The notes under the pieces were generated by a model, which worked only from the letters and a program-made list of their open reading frames with translations, was not told where the DNA came from and ran no database searches. The position numbers were made by a program, and so were the translations under genes. Below are positions 32,828 through 43,467 of a stretch of 64,000 bases of DNA, in pieces (positions within the stretch are counted from its first letter, which is position 1; each line of letters begins with the position of its first letter). The DNA is from an uncultured Chloroflexia bacterium (GTDB taxonomy: Bacteria; Chloroflexota; Limnocylindria; QHBO01). The stretch lies in NCBI GenBank assembly GCA_963827475.1, contig CAWHAZ010000005.1:384001-448000 (forward strand). The letters are read 5' to 3'.

Positions 32828-33673
32828 GTGACCACCACCTCCATGAGCTCCCGCGGGCTCCCCATCGCGGTCCTCGTTTTGAGCCTGCTGTTCTTCTGGG
32901 CGTGGGTCTGGTTCGCCGTCGCCGGTGGCGGCGGTCTGACCGATCCTGCCGAGATCCTGACCCAGGGCGCCCAGGCCACCTCCGATGCCGACAGCTTCCA
33001 CCTGTCACTCACGGTGGACGGCAGCATGACCGATGCCGACACCGGCCAGCCGGTGTCGCTCGACGGGATGACGGTCGCCGGAGACCTCGACATCGCGGGC
33101 AAGGCAGCCCACCTCACCTTTGCGCTGCCGATGCTGATGGGAATGTCGGGCGAGGCGATCGTCATCGGTGAGGACATGTACCTCCTCACGCCGATGGTCG
33201 ACGAGTGGCTGCACCTGACCGGCGAGCCGGAGAACGGCGATGAGCCGGCCGGCGAGCCGCCGACGGACGAGGAGATCGCGGCCAAGGTCGACGAGCTGCT
33301 CACGACCGATGGGGTGGGGGTTGCGAAGCTGGCCGACCAGCCGTGCGGCGACGACACCTGCTACCACCTCCAGCTCTCCATCTCGGCCGAGGCCATCGCC
33401 GCGCGCCACGGGGAGATGCCCGCGCCGACCGACATGGGCGAGCTTGGCGGCCTCGTGCCGAACCCGGAGTTCACCGGCCCGGTGGTCATGGATCTCCTGT
33501 TCCAGACCGACGGGCTGTGGCTGCGTCAGGTGACCGTGGTCAGTGAGGGCGACGCGGGCGAGGCGACCATGGCGCTCGAGCTGAGCGAGTTCAACACCGC
33601 CTTCGACATCAGCCCGCCACCGGCCGACCAGGTCATCGAGGCAGAGGACTTCCCCTTCTTCCAGGTGCCCTGA
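32828..33673 (+). CDS. Membrane-anchored LppX/LprAFG-like protein
   Basis: N-terminal TM, SFHLSLTVDG, CYHLQL, C-terminal SEFN..DISPPPADQV. Confidence 0.55.
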   Translation: MTTTSMSSRGLPIAVLVLSLLFFWAWVWFAVAGGGGLTDPAEILTQGAQATSDADSFHLSLTVDGSMTDADTGQPVSLDGMTVAGDLDIAGKAAHLTFALPMLMGMSGEAIVIGEDMYLLTPMVDEWLHLTGEPENGDEPAGEPPTDEEIAAKVDELLTTDGVGVAKLADQPCGDDTCYHLQLSISAEAIAARHGEMPAPTDMGELGGLVPNPEFTGPVVMDLLFQTDGLWLRQVTVVSEGDAGEATMALELSEFNTAFDISPPPADQVIEAEDFPFFQVP

Positions 33674-33788
33674 GCCCAAGCCGGCTCGAACGAACCGCTT
33701 TCCCGGGCCGGTAGAATGGGCCCGATCGACGCGATTCGAATGCCGTGCCGCCCCATGGCGTCGCGTCAAGTGCTCGGAGGAACTGGTC

Positions 33789-34880
33789 ATGAGCAGACGC
33801 GTCATTCCCGTCGGCTTCCTACTCATCGCGCTGGTCATCGCCGCGTGCGAGTCGTCGCCCAGCCCATCCCCATCGGGGGAGCCGTCGGCTGGCGAGTCTG
33901 CATCAGCGGTTCCGACACCGGGTGAGCCGCCCGCGGAGGGCCGCCTGGCCCTCGTGCAGGAGCGGGGACAGTTGATCTGCGGAATCAACGGCAGCCTGCC
34001 GGGATTCAGCTTCCTGGACTCGGCGAGTGGCGAAACCACCGGATTCGACGCCGACTTCTGTCGCGCGGTCGCCGCCGCTGTCTTGGGCGATCCGACCCTG
34101 GTGGAGTTCCGAGCGCTTAACGCCGACGCTCGTGGACCGGCTCTCCAGAGCCAGGAGATTGACGTCCTGATCCGCAACACCACGTGGACCGTGACCCGCG
34201 ACACGGATTGGGGCCTCTTCGCGCCGACCACGTTCTACGACGGCCAGGGCATGATGGTTCGCTCTGCGGACGGGATCAGCTCGCTCGCAGACCTGGAGGG
34301 CGCCACCATCTGCGTCCAGACCGGCACGACCACCGAGCTGAACCTGGCCGATGTGTTCGGGTCCGAAGGCATCGATTTCACCCCGCTGCCATTCGGCGAG
34401 ATCGAGCAGACCTACTCGGCGTACGACGAGGGCAGCTGCGACGCAGTCACCAGCGACCGCTCACAGCTGATCGCGCAGCGGACCACGCTCAGCAACCCGG
34501 ACGACCACGTCGTCCTGGAAGAGGTCATGTCCAAGGAGCCTCTGGGCCCCGTCGTTCCGCACGGGGACGAGGGGTGGTTCAACATCGTCAAGTGGGTGGT
34601 CTTTGCCACCATCGAGTCAGAGGAGCGGGGAATCACCCAGGACAACGTGGCCGACATGGTCGGCAGCGACAACGTGGTGATTGCCCGCCTGCTCGGGGCA
34701 GAGGGAGATCTCGGTCTGGGGCTGGAGCCCGACTGGGTGGTGGACGTGATCACCGCCGTCGGTAACTACGGCGAGATCTACGAGCGCAACCTGGGTCCCG
34801 GGACCCCGTTCGACCTCGATCGCGGGCCGAACAGCCTGTGGACCGAAGGTGGGCTCCTGTACGCACCGCCCTACCGGTAG
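33789..34880 (+). CDS. aapJ: General L-amino acid ABC transporter substrate-binding lipoprotein
   Basis: IAAC lipobox, GFDADFCRAVAAA, RNTTWT, SKEPLGP, VGNYGEIYERN, GGLLYAPP. Confidence 0.9.
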   Translation: MSRRVIPVGFLLIALVIAACESSPSPSPSGEPSAGESASAVPTPGEPPAEGRLALVQERGQLICGINGSLPGFSFLDSASGETTGFDADFCRAVAAAVLGDPTLVEFRALNADARGPALQSQEIDVLIRNTTWTVTRDTDWGLFAPTTFYDGQGMMVRSADGISSLADLEGATICVQTGTTTELNLADVFGSEGIDFTPLPFGEIEQTYSAYDEGSCDAVTSDRSQLIAQRTTLSNPDDHVVLEEVMSKEPLGPVVPHGDEGWFNIVKWVVFATIESEERGITQDNVADMVGSDNVVIARLLGAEGDLGLGLEPDWVVDVITAVGNYGEIYERNLGPGTPFDLDRGPNSLWTEGGLLYAPPYR

Positions 34881-34890
34881 ACGAAGACCA

Positions 34891-34924
34891 AGCCTCGGGG
34901 CGGGGCACGCTCCGCCCCGAGGCT
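34891..34924 (+). terminator. Strong intergenic hairpin after aapJ (partial terminator or mRNA stabiliser)
   Basis: AGCCTCGGGGCGGGGC-AC-GCTCCGCCCCGAGGCT; no U-tract. Confidence 0.6.
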
Positions 34925-34941
34925 GATTCCAGGCCCAGGCC

Positions 34942-36132
34942 GTGACCCAGGCCGGGCACCCGGACCATCAGCACGCCACGCCTCCACCGTGGCGCGACGC
35001 CCGCGTGCTCCGCGTCGCCGTGCAGCTCGTGGTGCTGCTGGCCGTCGCGATCGGGGTTGCCTTTCTGCTGAACAACCTCGTCACGGCCATGGGCGAGCGG
35101 GGCTTGACGTTCGGGTATTCCTTCCTTGATCGCCGGGCCGGATTCGAGATTGGCGAGAGCCCGATCCCGTACAACGCCGACGAGTCGTACGGGCAGGCGT
35201 TCATCGTCGGCCTGCTGAACACCCTGTTCGTCAGCCTGGTTGGAATCGTGCTGGCCACGCTGTTGGGGGTGCTCATCGGCGTGGCGCGCCTGTCCCCCAA
35301 CTGGCTCATCGCCAAGGTCGCGGCTGGCTACGTGGAGGTCATCCGCAACACGCCCCTTCTTGTCCAGCTGTTCCTGATCTACTTCGCCGTCCTGCTCCAG
35401 CTCCCCGGAGTCCGGGAATCGATCTCCCTTCCCGGACCGATCTTCCTGAACCAGCGGGGCCTCTTCGTGCCAGGCCCCCAGCTCAGCGCGACCTTCGGCA
35501 CGTGGCTCGCGTTACTGGGTGCGGGACTCGTCATCGTGGTTGGCGCGCGGATCGTCGCTTCGCGGCGGGGAGCAGCGGGGCGTCCGTCGTATCGCATCGG
35601 CGCCGTCGCCTGGCTCGTCTTCATCGGTCTCGCCGTCGGCGGCTGGATGGTGCTCGGCGACCCGCCCCTGACATTTGACCCTCCGGTGTCCGGCCGATTC
35701 AACATCACCGGCGGACTCGCCCTCTCGACCTCGTTCACGGCCCTGCTGATCGGGCTGGTGATCTACACCGCCGCGTTCATCGCGGAGGTTGTGCGTGGCG
35801 GCATCCAGGCCGTGCGCCGAGGCCAACTGGAGGCGGCCCGCGCGCTCGGGCTGTCGGAGGTTGACACGCTTCGGCTGGTGGTCTTTCCACAGGCCTTGCG
35901 GGTGATCGTCCCGCCCCTGACCAGCCAGTACCTGAACCTGGTCAAGAACTCGAGCCTGGCGATCGCCGTCGGCTATCCGGACCTGTTCAAGGTCGGGACC
36001 ACGATGGCCAACCAGACCGGCCAGCCGGTGCCGGTGATGGCCCTCGTGATGGCCACGTACCTCGCCATCAGCCTGGCCACCTCGGCGCTGATGAACCTCT
36101 ACAACCGGCGAATCCAGGTCCTGGAGCGGTAG
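34942..36132 (+). CDS. aapQ: Amino acid ABC transporter permease
   Basis: RNTPLLVQL, AEVVRGGIQAV..GQLEAA, KNSSLA. Confidence 0.9.
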   Translation: MTQAGHPDHQHATPPPWRDARVLRVAVQLVVLLAVAIGVAFLLNNLVTAMGERGLTFGYSFLDRRAGFEIGESPIPYNADESYGQAFIVGLLNTLFVSLVGIVLATLLGVLIGVARLSPNWLIAKVAAGYVEVIRNTPLLVQLFLIYFAVLLQLPGVRESISLPGPIFLNQRGLFVPGPQLSATFGTWLALLGAGLVIVVGARIVASRRGAAGRPSYRIGAVAWLVFIGLAVGGWMVLGDPPLTFDPPVSGRFNITGGLALSTSFTALLIGLVIYTAAFIAEVVRGGIQAVRRGQLEAARALGLSEVDTLRLVVFPQALRVIVPPLTSQYLNLVKNSSLAIAVGYPDLFKVGTTMANQTGQPVPVMALVMATYLAISLATSALMNLYNRRIQVLER

Positions 36133-36137
36133 GGGCC

Positions 36138-37331
36138 ATGAGCGGAACGACCCTCCCACCGCCGCCCGCCACCATCGGGCCCGTCGCCTGGCTGCGGAAG
36201 AACCTGTTCTCGGGTCCGGTCAGCTCGCTCATGTCGGTGTTGATCGGTGGGCTGCTGCTGGCGCTGGCCATCACGGTTGCCCAATGGGCGATTTCTGAAG
36301 CGCGCTGGGACGTCATCACCCGCAACATGCGGTTGTTCCTGATTGGCCAGTACCCGCCAGACCTGGCCTGGCGGATCTGGCTCTCCCTGCTGATCCTGTC
36401 CGGCCTGGCCGGCCTCTCGGCGGGTGCCTTTGGGCGGACCACCCGGGCGCTGGCGATTTCGCTGTCGGCCTTCCAGGCGATGCTCGCCGGCTTGCTGGCC
36501 GTGTCGTCGGTGGGGCCGCTGATCGTCATCGGCATGGTGCTGAATGCCGCCTTGGTGTGGGCCGGGCTCGTCGTCGGGCTGCGCCGACTCGTCCCGCGGC
36601 GTCCGCTGCGGATCGGGTGGCTGATCTCGATGCCGGTCATCATCCTCTTGCTGAACGGGTTCCCCGGCACGCCACTGGCAGCGGTCAGCTCGAACCTGTG
36701 GGGCGGGCTCCTGCTGACCGTCCTGCTCGCCACGGTCGGTATCCTCCTGTCGTTCCCGCTGGGCGTGCTGCTCGCCCTGGGGCGCCGAAGCACCCTGCCG
36801 GTGGTTCGGACCCTGAGCACGGCCTACATCGAGGTGATCCGCGGTGTCCCGCTCATCACGATCCTGTTCATGGCGGACATCCTGCTGCCGTTCTTCCTGC
36901 CAGGCGAGATTCGGATCGACCGCGTCACGCGGGCGATGGGCGGAATCACGCTCTTCTCGGCCGCGTACGTGGCCGAGAACGTCCGCGGCGGCCTCCAGGC
37001 CATCCCGAGCGGCCAGATCGAGGCGGCCCAGGCGCTCGGGCTCAGCACGGCCAGGATCAACATCCACGTCGTGCTGCCCCAGGCCTTGCGATCGGTCATC
37101 CCGGCCAATGTGGGGCTCTTCATCAGCCTGCTGAAGGACACGACGCTGGTGACCATCATCGGGCTCCTGGAGCTGCTGGGCATCGGTCGCGCCATCCTGG
37201 CCCAGCCAGAGTCGCTGGGGGCGCACCTGGAGGTCTATGTCTTCATCGGCGCCGTCTTCTTTGTGCTGTGCTATGCGATGTCGCAGGCCAGCTATCGGCT
37301 CGAGCAGGCGCTCGGAGTAGGGTCCCGCTGA
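36138..37331 (+). CDS. aapM: Amino acid ABC transporter permease
   Basis: [36 protein letters not shown]. Confidence 0.9.
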   Translation: MSGTTLPPPPATIGPVAWLRKNLFSGPVSSLMSVLIGGLLLALAITVAQWAISEARWDVITRNMRLFLIGQYPPDLAWRIWLSLLILSGLAGLSAGAFGRTTRALAISLSAFQAMLAGLLAVSSVGPLIVIGMVLNAALVWAGLVVGLRRLVPRRPLRIGWLISMPVIILLLNGFPGTPLAAVSSNLWGGLLLTVLLATVGILLSFPLGVLLALGRRSTLPVVRTLSTAYIEVIRGVPLITILFMADILLPFFLPGEIRIDRVTRAMGGITLFSAAYVAENVRGGLQAIPSGQIEAAQALGLSTARINIHVVLPQALRSVIPANVGLFISLLKDTTLVTIIGLLELLGIGRAILAQPESLGAHLEVYVFIGAVFFVLCYAMSQASYRLEQALGVGSR

Positions 37332-37347
37332 GGGACGAGGAGAACGA

Positions 37348-38112
37348 GTGACGACTGAGCGGACGACTGACGCGAAACCGACCGACATCATCGTGGCGCG
37401 TGACGTCCACAAGTGGTTCGGCCAGCTGCACGTCCTGCGCGGGATCAACCTGACGGTTCGGGCCGGTGAGGTGGTCGTCATCTTCGGTGCATCGGGATCG
37501 GGCAAGTCAACCTTCATCCGCACCATCAACCGCCTTGAGGAGCACCAGCGCGGCGAGATCTTCGTCGACGGCATCGAACTGACCAATGACATCCGCAACA
37601 TCGCCGCCGTGCGCAGCGAGATCGGGATGGTCTTCCAGTCGTTCAACCTGTTTCCCCACCTGACCGTCCTCCAGAACGTCGCCCTGGCTCCGATGCGGGT
37701 CCGCAAGTGGCCGCGCGAGCGTGCCGAGCAGGTGGCCATGGACCTCCTCGAGCGGGTGGGGATCCCCGAGCAGGCGCAGAAGTTCCCGGCGCAGCTGTCC
37801 GGCGGGCAGCAGCAGCGGGTGGCGATCGCCCGGGCGCTGGCCATGCAGCCGAAGATCATGCTCTTCGACGAGCCGACCTCGGCGCTCGACCCGGAGATGA
37901 TCAGCGAGGTGCTCGACGCGATGCGGGAGCTGGCTGAGACGGGGATGACGATGGTCTGCATCACCCACGAGATGGGCTTCGCGCGGGCCGTCGCGAATCG
38001 GATGGTCTTCTTCGACGAGGGCGTGATCGTGGAGGAGGGCCCGCCGAAGCAGATCTTCGAGGCGCCGGAGCACCAGAGGACGAAGCGATTCCTCTCGCAG
38101 ATCCTCCACTGA
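37348..38112 (+). CDS. aapP: Amino acid ABC transporter ATPase
   Basis: [35 protein letters not shown]. Confidence 0.92.
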   Translation: MTTERTTDAKPTDIIVARDVHKWFGQLHVLRGINLTVRAGEVVVIFGASGSGKSTFIRTINRLEEHQRGEIFVDGIELTNDIRNIAAVRSEIGMVFQSFNLFPHLTVLQNVALAPMRVRKWPRERAEQVAMDLLERVGIPEQAQKFPAQLSGGQQQRVAIARALAMQPKIMLFDEPTSALDPEMISEVLDAMRELAETGMTMVCITHEMGFARAVANRMVFFDEGVIVEEGPPKQIFEAPEHQRTKRFLSQILH

Positions 38113-38147
38113 GGCTCAGGCGCGCAAATGCGCCGATCTCGGTGGGG

Positions 38148-38223
38148 TGGTGGAGATGAGGGGACTCGAACCCCTGACCCCCGCGATGCGAACGCGGTGC
38201 TCTCCCAGCTGAGCTACATCCCC
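38148..38223 (-). tRNA. tRNA-Ala(CGC)
   Basis: 76 nt GGGGATGTAGCTCAGCTGGGAGAGCACCGCGTTCGCATCGCGGGGGTCAGGGGTTCGAGTCCCCTCATCTCCACCA. Confidence 0.97.
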
Positions 38224-38311
38224 ACGGGGCGCCTTGCGAGGCGCAGGACGAGGCGTCCGCGAGGATAGCACGACGCTCCCGGAAGGCCCTCCCACGCGTA
38301 ATCTCAGGGGA

Positions 38312-38340
38312 TTGTCATAGAACATCTGTTCTATTAGACT
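38312..38340 (+). promoter_or_regulatory. SOS promoter with a LexA box between -35 and -10
   Basis: TTGTCA-N17-TAGACT enclosing the palindrome TAGAAC-ATCT-GTTCTA (GAAC-N4-GTTC at 38320-38331). Confidence 0.88.
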
Positions 38341-38347
38341 GACCGAT

Positions 38348-39139
38348 GTGACCCTGCCCGCCGTTCAGCCGCTCCCCGAGGTGCTCGATGCGCTTCGCGA
38401 GCGCGGCCTGCGGCGAGGCGTGACGCCGCTCCCCGGGGAGGTGGTGGTCCCCGCCGTCCCCACCGGTCACGCCGCGCTGGACGAGGCGCTGGCCACCGGT
38501 GGCTGGCCCCGGGGAGCGTTGGCCGTGCTGGATGCCGCTCCCGGCCACGGCGCCACGTCGCTGGCCCTCGATGCGGCCGCTGCCAGCCAGGCGGCCGGGG
38601 GCCTGGTGGCGTGGATCGACCTGGCCGGCACGTTCGACCCGGCCTGCGCCGCGCGCCGCGGGGTCAACCTCGAATGGCTGCTCCTCGTCCGCCCCGCCGA
38701 CGTGACCGAGGCCGTGGAGCTGGCCGCCTGGCTGGCCCGCTCGCGTCTCCTCGACCTGCTGGTGCTGGACCTGGACGGACCGGCCGTCCCGCGCTTCGAG
38801 CGGCTGGCCGCCCTCCTGCCCCGCTCCGACGCCATAGCCCTGCTCATCGGTCCGCCAGCCCTGCGCCAGGCCGCCGGCAAGGTGGCCGGGGTCCGTCTCC
38901 GTCTCGAGCGCCGGGCCTGGCTGGCCGTCGGCCGCGACCTCGTCGGCCTCCGCACCGCGGCTTCGGTGACCCGTCACCGCTGGGCGCTGGCCGGCGGCCA
39001 CGCCGAGCTCGACCTGTGGTTCGGGGAGGGCCGCCGCATCGACTCGCTGCTCCCGGCCCTCGCCGCGCCGGAGCATCCGTCGGTCGAGCCAATCGAGCTT
39101 CCGGTCGAACATCCCGCGCTGGTCGTCCTCAGCGCCTGA
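38348..39139 (+). CDS. imuA: ImuA'/RecA-like mutasome accessory protein
   Basis: VPTGHAALDEALATGGWPRG, degenerate P-loop GHGATS, AWID..FDP..GVNLEWLLLVRP. Confidence 0.8.
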   Translation: MTLPAVQPLPEVLDALRERGLRRGVTPLPGEVVVPAVPTGHAALDEALATGGWPRGALAVLDAAPGHGATSLALDAAAASQAAGGLVAWIDLAGTFDPACAARRGVNLEWLLLVRPADVTEAVELAAWLARSRLLDLLVLDLDGPAVPRFERLAALLPRSDAIALLIGPPALRQAAGKVAGVRLRLERRAWLAVGRDLVGLRTAASVTRHRWALAGGHAELDLWFGEGRRIDSLLPALAAPEHPSVEPIELPVEHPALVVLSA

Positions 39140-39158
39140 CGGTCCCAGGGGCATACCG

Positions 39159-40220
39159 ATGCGAGTCCTGATGCTGGTCTGGCCCACCCTCCGGACTGCG
39201 GAGGCCACCGCCCAGTGGGAGGCGCTGCTCGACCGGCTGGATGACCTCTCCCCGCGGATCGAGGCGCTGGAAGAGGGCGTGGCGCTCGTCGACGTGACCG
39301 GCCTCGAACCGATGCATGGCTCGGAACGACGAGTCGCCGCTCGAGCGGTGGCCCTGGCCGGGACGTATCCGGTGCGGGTCGGGATCGGGGACAACCGATG
39401 GCTGGCGTCGCTCGCCGTTCGGCTGGCCCGCGGCGACGAGCGGGCCGCGTGCCTGATCCTGCCCGCCGGCGAGGGGCGCGCGACGCTCGCCCCGATGCCC
39501 ATCGGTCTGTTGCCGGCGGAGCCGGCCGTGAAGGATCGGTTCAGCCTGTTCGGGCTGACGACCATGGGCCAGCTGGCCGGGCTGCCGCGGTCGGCGGTGG
39601 CGGCCCAGTTCGGGGAGGTGGGGGAGCGGCTCCAGGCGCTCGCCCGCGGGGAGGACCCGAGACCCCTCGTCCCGCGCCGCCGGCCGGAGCGGCTGGCCAC
39701 CTCGGTCCGCTTCGAGCCGCCGGCGGAGGGCGTGACCGAGATCACCCTCGCCCTGCGTCGCGCGGCGACGGCCCTGACCGACCGGCTCGGCGGCCGTCAC
39801 CTCGCCCCGGGCCGCGCGGTCCTCGCCCTGGACCGGGAGTCGGCCGCGCCCCTCACCGTTCACCTGGCCCTCCCCGAGCCCAGCACCGACCCGGACTGGA
39901 TCACCCGCCTGCTGCTCGCCCGCCTCGAGGCCCAGGTGCGGGGCAGTGCCGGCGGCGAGGACGAGGCGCGGATCACGTCCCTGGCCCTCACCCTCGACCG
40001 CCTCACCAACCCCGCCGCCCGCCAGCTCCCCGCCTTCGAGCCCCAGGCCGGCCGGTGGGAGGAGCTCCGCTGGTCGGTGGAGCGGATCGGCGCCCGGTTC
40101 GGGGACGGCCGCCTGTGGCGGGCGGTCGTGGATCGGCCCACCGCGGCGCTGCCCGAGCGGCAGGCACGGCTGGTCGAGATCGGCCACGAGGCCGGTCACG
40201 AGGCCGGCACTCAACCGTGA
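39159..40220 (+). CDS. imuB: ImuB-like inactive Y-family polymerase
   Basis: LSPRIE, VDVTG, LAPMPIGLL, GLTTMGQLAGLPR, clamp-binding-like QLPAF, RIGARFG. Confidence 0.8.
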   Translation: MRVLMLVWPTLRTAEATAQWEALLDRLDDLSPRIEALEEGVALVDVTGLEPMHGSERRVAARAVALAGTYPVRVGIGDNRWLASLAVRLARGDERAACLILPAGEGRATLAPMPIGLLPAEPAVKDRFSLFGLTTMGQLAGLPRSAVAAQFGEVGERLQALARGEDPRPLVPRRRPERLATSVRFEPPAEGVTEITLALRRAATALTDRLGGRHLAPGRAVLALDRESAAPLTVHLALPEPSTDPDWITRLLLARLEAQVRGSAGGEDEARITSLALTLDRLTNPAARQLPAFEPQAGRWEELRWSVERIGARFGDGRLWRAVVDRPTAALPERQARLVEIGHEAGHEAGTQP

Positions 40221-40471
40221 CCCGCCTCCACGCCACGCATCCCCTGGTCCAGGTCGACACCGACGAGGCTGGCACGCCCGTCCGCCTCCGGCTGGACGGC
40301 GAGACCCATGGCGAGATCGGCATCTGCAACCGCTGGCGGCTGGTCGACGACTGGTGGCGCGAGCCGGTGGCCCGCGCCTACTTCAAGCTCGTCACCCGCG
40401 ACGGGCTGCTGTGCACCGTCTTCCTCGACGAGATCCGCGGCACCTGGCACCTGGAGCGCATCTTCGACTGA
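40217..40471 (+). CDS. Small ImuB-C-terminal-like protein (DUF6504-like), 84 aa
   Basis: RWRLVDDWWREPVARAYFKL...WHLERIFD; GTGA overlap with the imuB stop. Confidence 0.75.
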   Translation: MTRLHATHPLVQVDTDEAGTPVRLRLDGETHGEIGICNRWRLVDDWWREPVARAYFKLVTRDGLLCTVFLDEIRGTWHLERIFD

Positions 40472-40487
40472 CCGATGCCGCCGCCGG

Positions 40488-41229
40488 TCAGCTCCCCGGC
40501 GCCACGATCAGCAGGACCCCCAGCGCGGTGACGAGGACGAACACGAAGCGTCGGAACGTGTCCTCCGGCAGGCGACGGAGGATCGGCGTCGCCAGGAGCG
40601 TGCCGAGGACGACGCCAACCGCCGCGACCACGACGTACGGCCAGTTGGCCGCGATCTCGGCGCCGCCGGTGACGAGGTAGACCGGAAGCCGCGCGGCATC
40701 CACGGCGAGCGCGATCCCGGTGGCGGTGGCCACCGTCGCCGCGGGTGAGAGGCCGAAGTGCAGGAGCGCGGCGGCCCGAATGCCGCCCTGGTTGCCGACC
40801 AGGCCGCCGAACGCGCCGGACGCCATGCCGGCGGCCACCGCCCACGGCCCAGCCGGGATCCGCATCCGTGCCGTGAGACCGGTCAGACCCGCCCAGCCCC
40901 GAGAAGATGAGCAGGACGCCCAGGATGATCCCCATCGTCCGGCTGGCGAGCACGGTCAGGAACAGCGCGCCGACCAGCCCGCCGATCGCGCTCGCCGTCC
41001 CGAAGGTGAGCAGCACGCGCCGGTCGACGTTGCCCCGCAGGAGCCACAGGCGCAGGGCGGTGGCCGCCGCGTGGGGAATGGCCACCAGCAGGACGGCCGT
41101 CTTCGTGCCGAACTCGATCGCGACGAGCGGCGTCAGGAGGCTGCCGATCCCGAATCCGGCGATCGCCGCCACGCCGCCGGCGAAGATCGCGACGAGGAGA
41201 AGGACGACCAGCAGCACGGCCACTAGCAT
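40488..41229 (-). CDS. TSUP (TauE/SafE) family transporter, frameshift near 40890
   Basis: GFGIGSLLTP, GAFGGLVGNQGGIR, multi-TM. Confidence 0.8.
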
Positions 41230-41235
41230 GACGCG

Positions 41236-41985
41236 ATGTTCGTCATCGATCGGCTGTGGCCCGACCCCGCGGCCGGCCTCGACCTGGATGCCGCGTTCGC
41301 CGATCTCACCCTGCCCGAGCCGCCGGCCGGACGCCCGTGGATCGGCCTGAACATGGTCACCAGCCTCGACGGCCGGGCGCAGCGGGATGGGACGGCCGAT
41401 GACATCGGCGATCGGGCCGACCGGCGGCTCATGCGCCTGCTGCGGGTCCCGTTCGACGCGGTGGCGATCGGGATCGGCACCCTGCGCGCGGTGGACGGCT
41501 GGACCGACCTGCCCGCCGACCTGGCAGCGGTTCGGGCGGCGGCGGGGCGTCCGCCGCAGCCGCTGGGGGTGCTGATCGCCGGCAGCGGACCGATCTCGAC
41601 CGATCGGCGCTGGTTCACGACCGACCAGCCGCGGCTGGTGGTGGTCGGGCGGGACGGTCCGCGACAGGTCGAGGGGGCCGAGGTGCTGGCCGCGCCGACA
41701 CCACATCCCGAGCCCGACTGGGTGGCCGGCGCGTTGCGGGAGCGGGGGATCGGCTCCGTCCTGCTCGAGGGCGGACCCACCGTCAACGCCCGCTTCCACG
41801 CCGCGGGGCTCATCGACGAGCTGTTCTGGACGGTGGGGCCGTGGCTGCTCGGCGGGGAGGGCCTGCCCATGATCGCCCCGGATCCCCCGACCCAGAACCC
41901 GCGGCCGGCCTCGCTGGTGAGCGTCCACCGCCACGGGGACGAGCTGTTCCTCCGCTACCGGTTCGGAACGGGGAGCAGCGGGTAG
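41236..41985 (+). CDS. RibD C-terminal / DHFR-like reductase
   Basis: NMVTSLDG, DAVAIGIGT, LLEGGP, LIDELF, ELFLRY. Confidence 0.85.
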   Translation: MFVIDRLWPDPAAGLDLDAAFADLTLPEPPAGRPWIGLNMVTSLDGRAQRDGTADDIGDRADRRLMRLLRVPFDAVAIGIGTLRAVDGWTDLPADLAAVRAAAGRPPQPLGVLIAGSGPISTDRRWFTTDQPRLVVVGRDGPRQVEGAEVLAAPTPHPEPDWVAGALRERGIGSVLLEGGPTVNARFHAAGLIDELFWTVGPWLLGGEGLPMIAPDPPTQNPRPASLVSVHRHGDELFLRYRFGTGSSG

Positions 41986-41994
41986 CATCGGTCC

Positions 41995-42906
41995 ATGGCC
42001 AACGGCGACCGGGGACTGGGACGCGTCGGGGTCTGGACCGATCCGGACGCGCTGCCCATCGACGAGCTGCTGCCGTTCGCGGCGCGGGTCGAGCAGCTCG
42101 GCTACGGGACGCTGTGGATTCCGGACGTCGTCGGCCGGGAGCCATTCACCCTGGCGGGGCTGTTGGCGGGCGTGACCTCGTCCATCGGCCTGGGCACCAG
42201 CGTGGTGAACATCTGGGGCCGTGACGCGCAGGCCACCAAGATGGCCGCGCTGACCCTGCAGGAGGCGACCGGCGGGCGGTTCACGCTCGGCATCGGCGTC
42301 TCGCACCACCACCTCGCCGAGAAGGTGCGGGGCCACGTCTACGAAAAGCCGCTGACCCGCATGCGGGAGTACCTCGAGGCGTATCGGTCCGCCATCTACA
42401 AGGGACCGATGCCGGCCGGGATGCGCGAGCCGATGGTGATCCTGGCCGCGCTCCGCGAGCGGATGCTGGCGCTGGCGGCCACCGCGGCCGACGGGGCGTT
42501 CCCGTACCTGGTGACCACCGACCGGCTGGCGTGGATTCGCGGCGTGCTCGACGCCGCCGCCGAGGTGGCGGCCGCCGAACGGCCGGTGCTGGCGGTGAGC
42601 CTCCCGGTCGTGCTCGAAACCGATGCGGCGGCCGCCCGATCAGCCGCCCGCCACTACCTGCTGCCGTACCTGCGGACCCCGAACTACCAGGCGGCGTGGG
42701 CCGAGCAGGGGTTCGAGGCCGCCGACTGGGAGCGGCCGGGGAGCGACCGCCTCGTCGACGCGATGGTGGCGTGGGGCGATCCCGACACGCTGCGTGCCCG
42801 ACTGGGCGAGTCCTTCGCCGCCGGCGCCGACCACGTGGCCATCATCCCGGTGACACCGTCCGGCGACACGGTGGACCTGCCCGTCCTGGAGGCGCTGGCG
42901 GGCTGA
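41995..42906 (+). CDS. LLM-class, probably F420-dependent, oxidoreductase
   Basis: LGYGTLW, GTSVVNIWGRD, GRFTLGIGVSH, DRLVDAMVAWGD, AGADHV. Confidence 0.85.
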   Translation: MANGDRGLGRVGVWTDPDALPIDELLPFAARVEQLGYGTLWIPDVVGREPFTLAGLLAGVTSSIGLGTSVVNIWGRDAQATKMAALTLQEATGGRFTLGIGVSHHHLAEKVRGHVYEKPLTRMREYLEAYRSAIYKGPMPAGMREPMVILAALRERMLALAATAADGAFPYLVTTDRLAWIRGVLDAAAEVAAAERPVLAVSLPVVLETDAAAARSAARHYLLPYLRTPNYQAAWAEQGFEAADWERPGSDRLVDAMVAWGDPDTLRARLGESFAAGADHVAIIPVTPSGDTVDLPVLEALAG

Positions 42907-42918
42907 CGACCGCCGGTC

Positions 42919-43467
42919 CTAGGGCTGTGCCTCCTGGGCCGCCTCCCACTCCGGGCGGGTGATGACGTAGCGCAGGACCGTCGTGCCGTGGAGCGTGGCG
43001 TCGCCCCGGAGCGTCTCGCCGAGCTTGGTCGCGACCCGGATGGATGCCGTGTTCTCGGGGTAGATGAGGCTCATCAGCGCGAGGAAGTCGCGGTGGCGGA
43101 ACCCCCAGTCGAGCGCCGCTCGGCCCGCCTCGGTCGCGTAGCCGTGGCCCCAGAACGGTTTGCCGAGCGTGTACGCCAGCTCCGGCCCGGGCCAGCCATG
43201 CGGGAAGTGGATCCCGACCCGCCCCATGAACGTGCCGCTCTCTCGTTCGGTGACCGCCCACGGTCCGTAGCCACGCAGGACCCAGTGCCCGAGCCAGGCG
43301 GCAACCGCCCGCCAGCAGTCCTCGGGTCCCGGGATCGTGCCGTCCCCGATGTAGCGCACCACGTCGGGGTCCTGGAGCAACGCGCAGAAGACCGCGGCGT
43401 CGTCTTCCATCAACGGCCGCAGGACGAGCCGTTCGGTCTCGAGGGTGGGGATGTCGACGACCGGCAT
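42919..43467 (-). CDS. RimJ/RimL-type GNAT acetyltransferase
   Basis: IPTLETERLVLR, GHWVLRGYG, WGHGYATEA, PENTASIRVATKLG. Confidence 0.88.
   Translation of the reverse strand: MPVVDIPTLETERLVLRPLMEDDAAVFCALLQDPDVVRYIGDGTIPGPEDCWRAVAAWLGHWVLRGYGPWAVTERESGTFMGRVGIHFPHGWPGPELAYTLGKPFWGHGYATEAGRAALDWGFRHRDFLALMSLIYPENTASIRVATKLGETLRGDATLHGTTVLRYVITRPEWEAAQEAQP

Noticed and set aside
30621-38223. Genomic island bounded by two tRNA-Ala copies
   Set aside because: Both are complete tRNAs with different anticodons, not an att duplication. No integrase is present, and the apparent codon-usage shift was judged by eye only.
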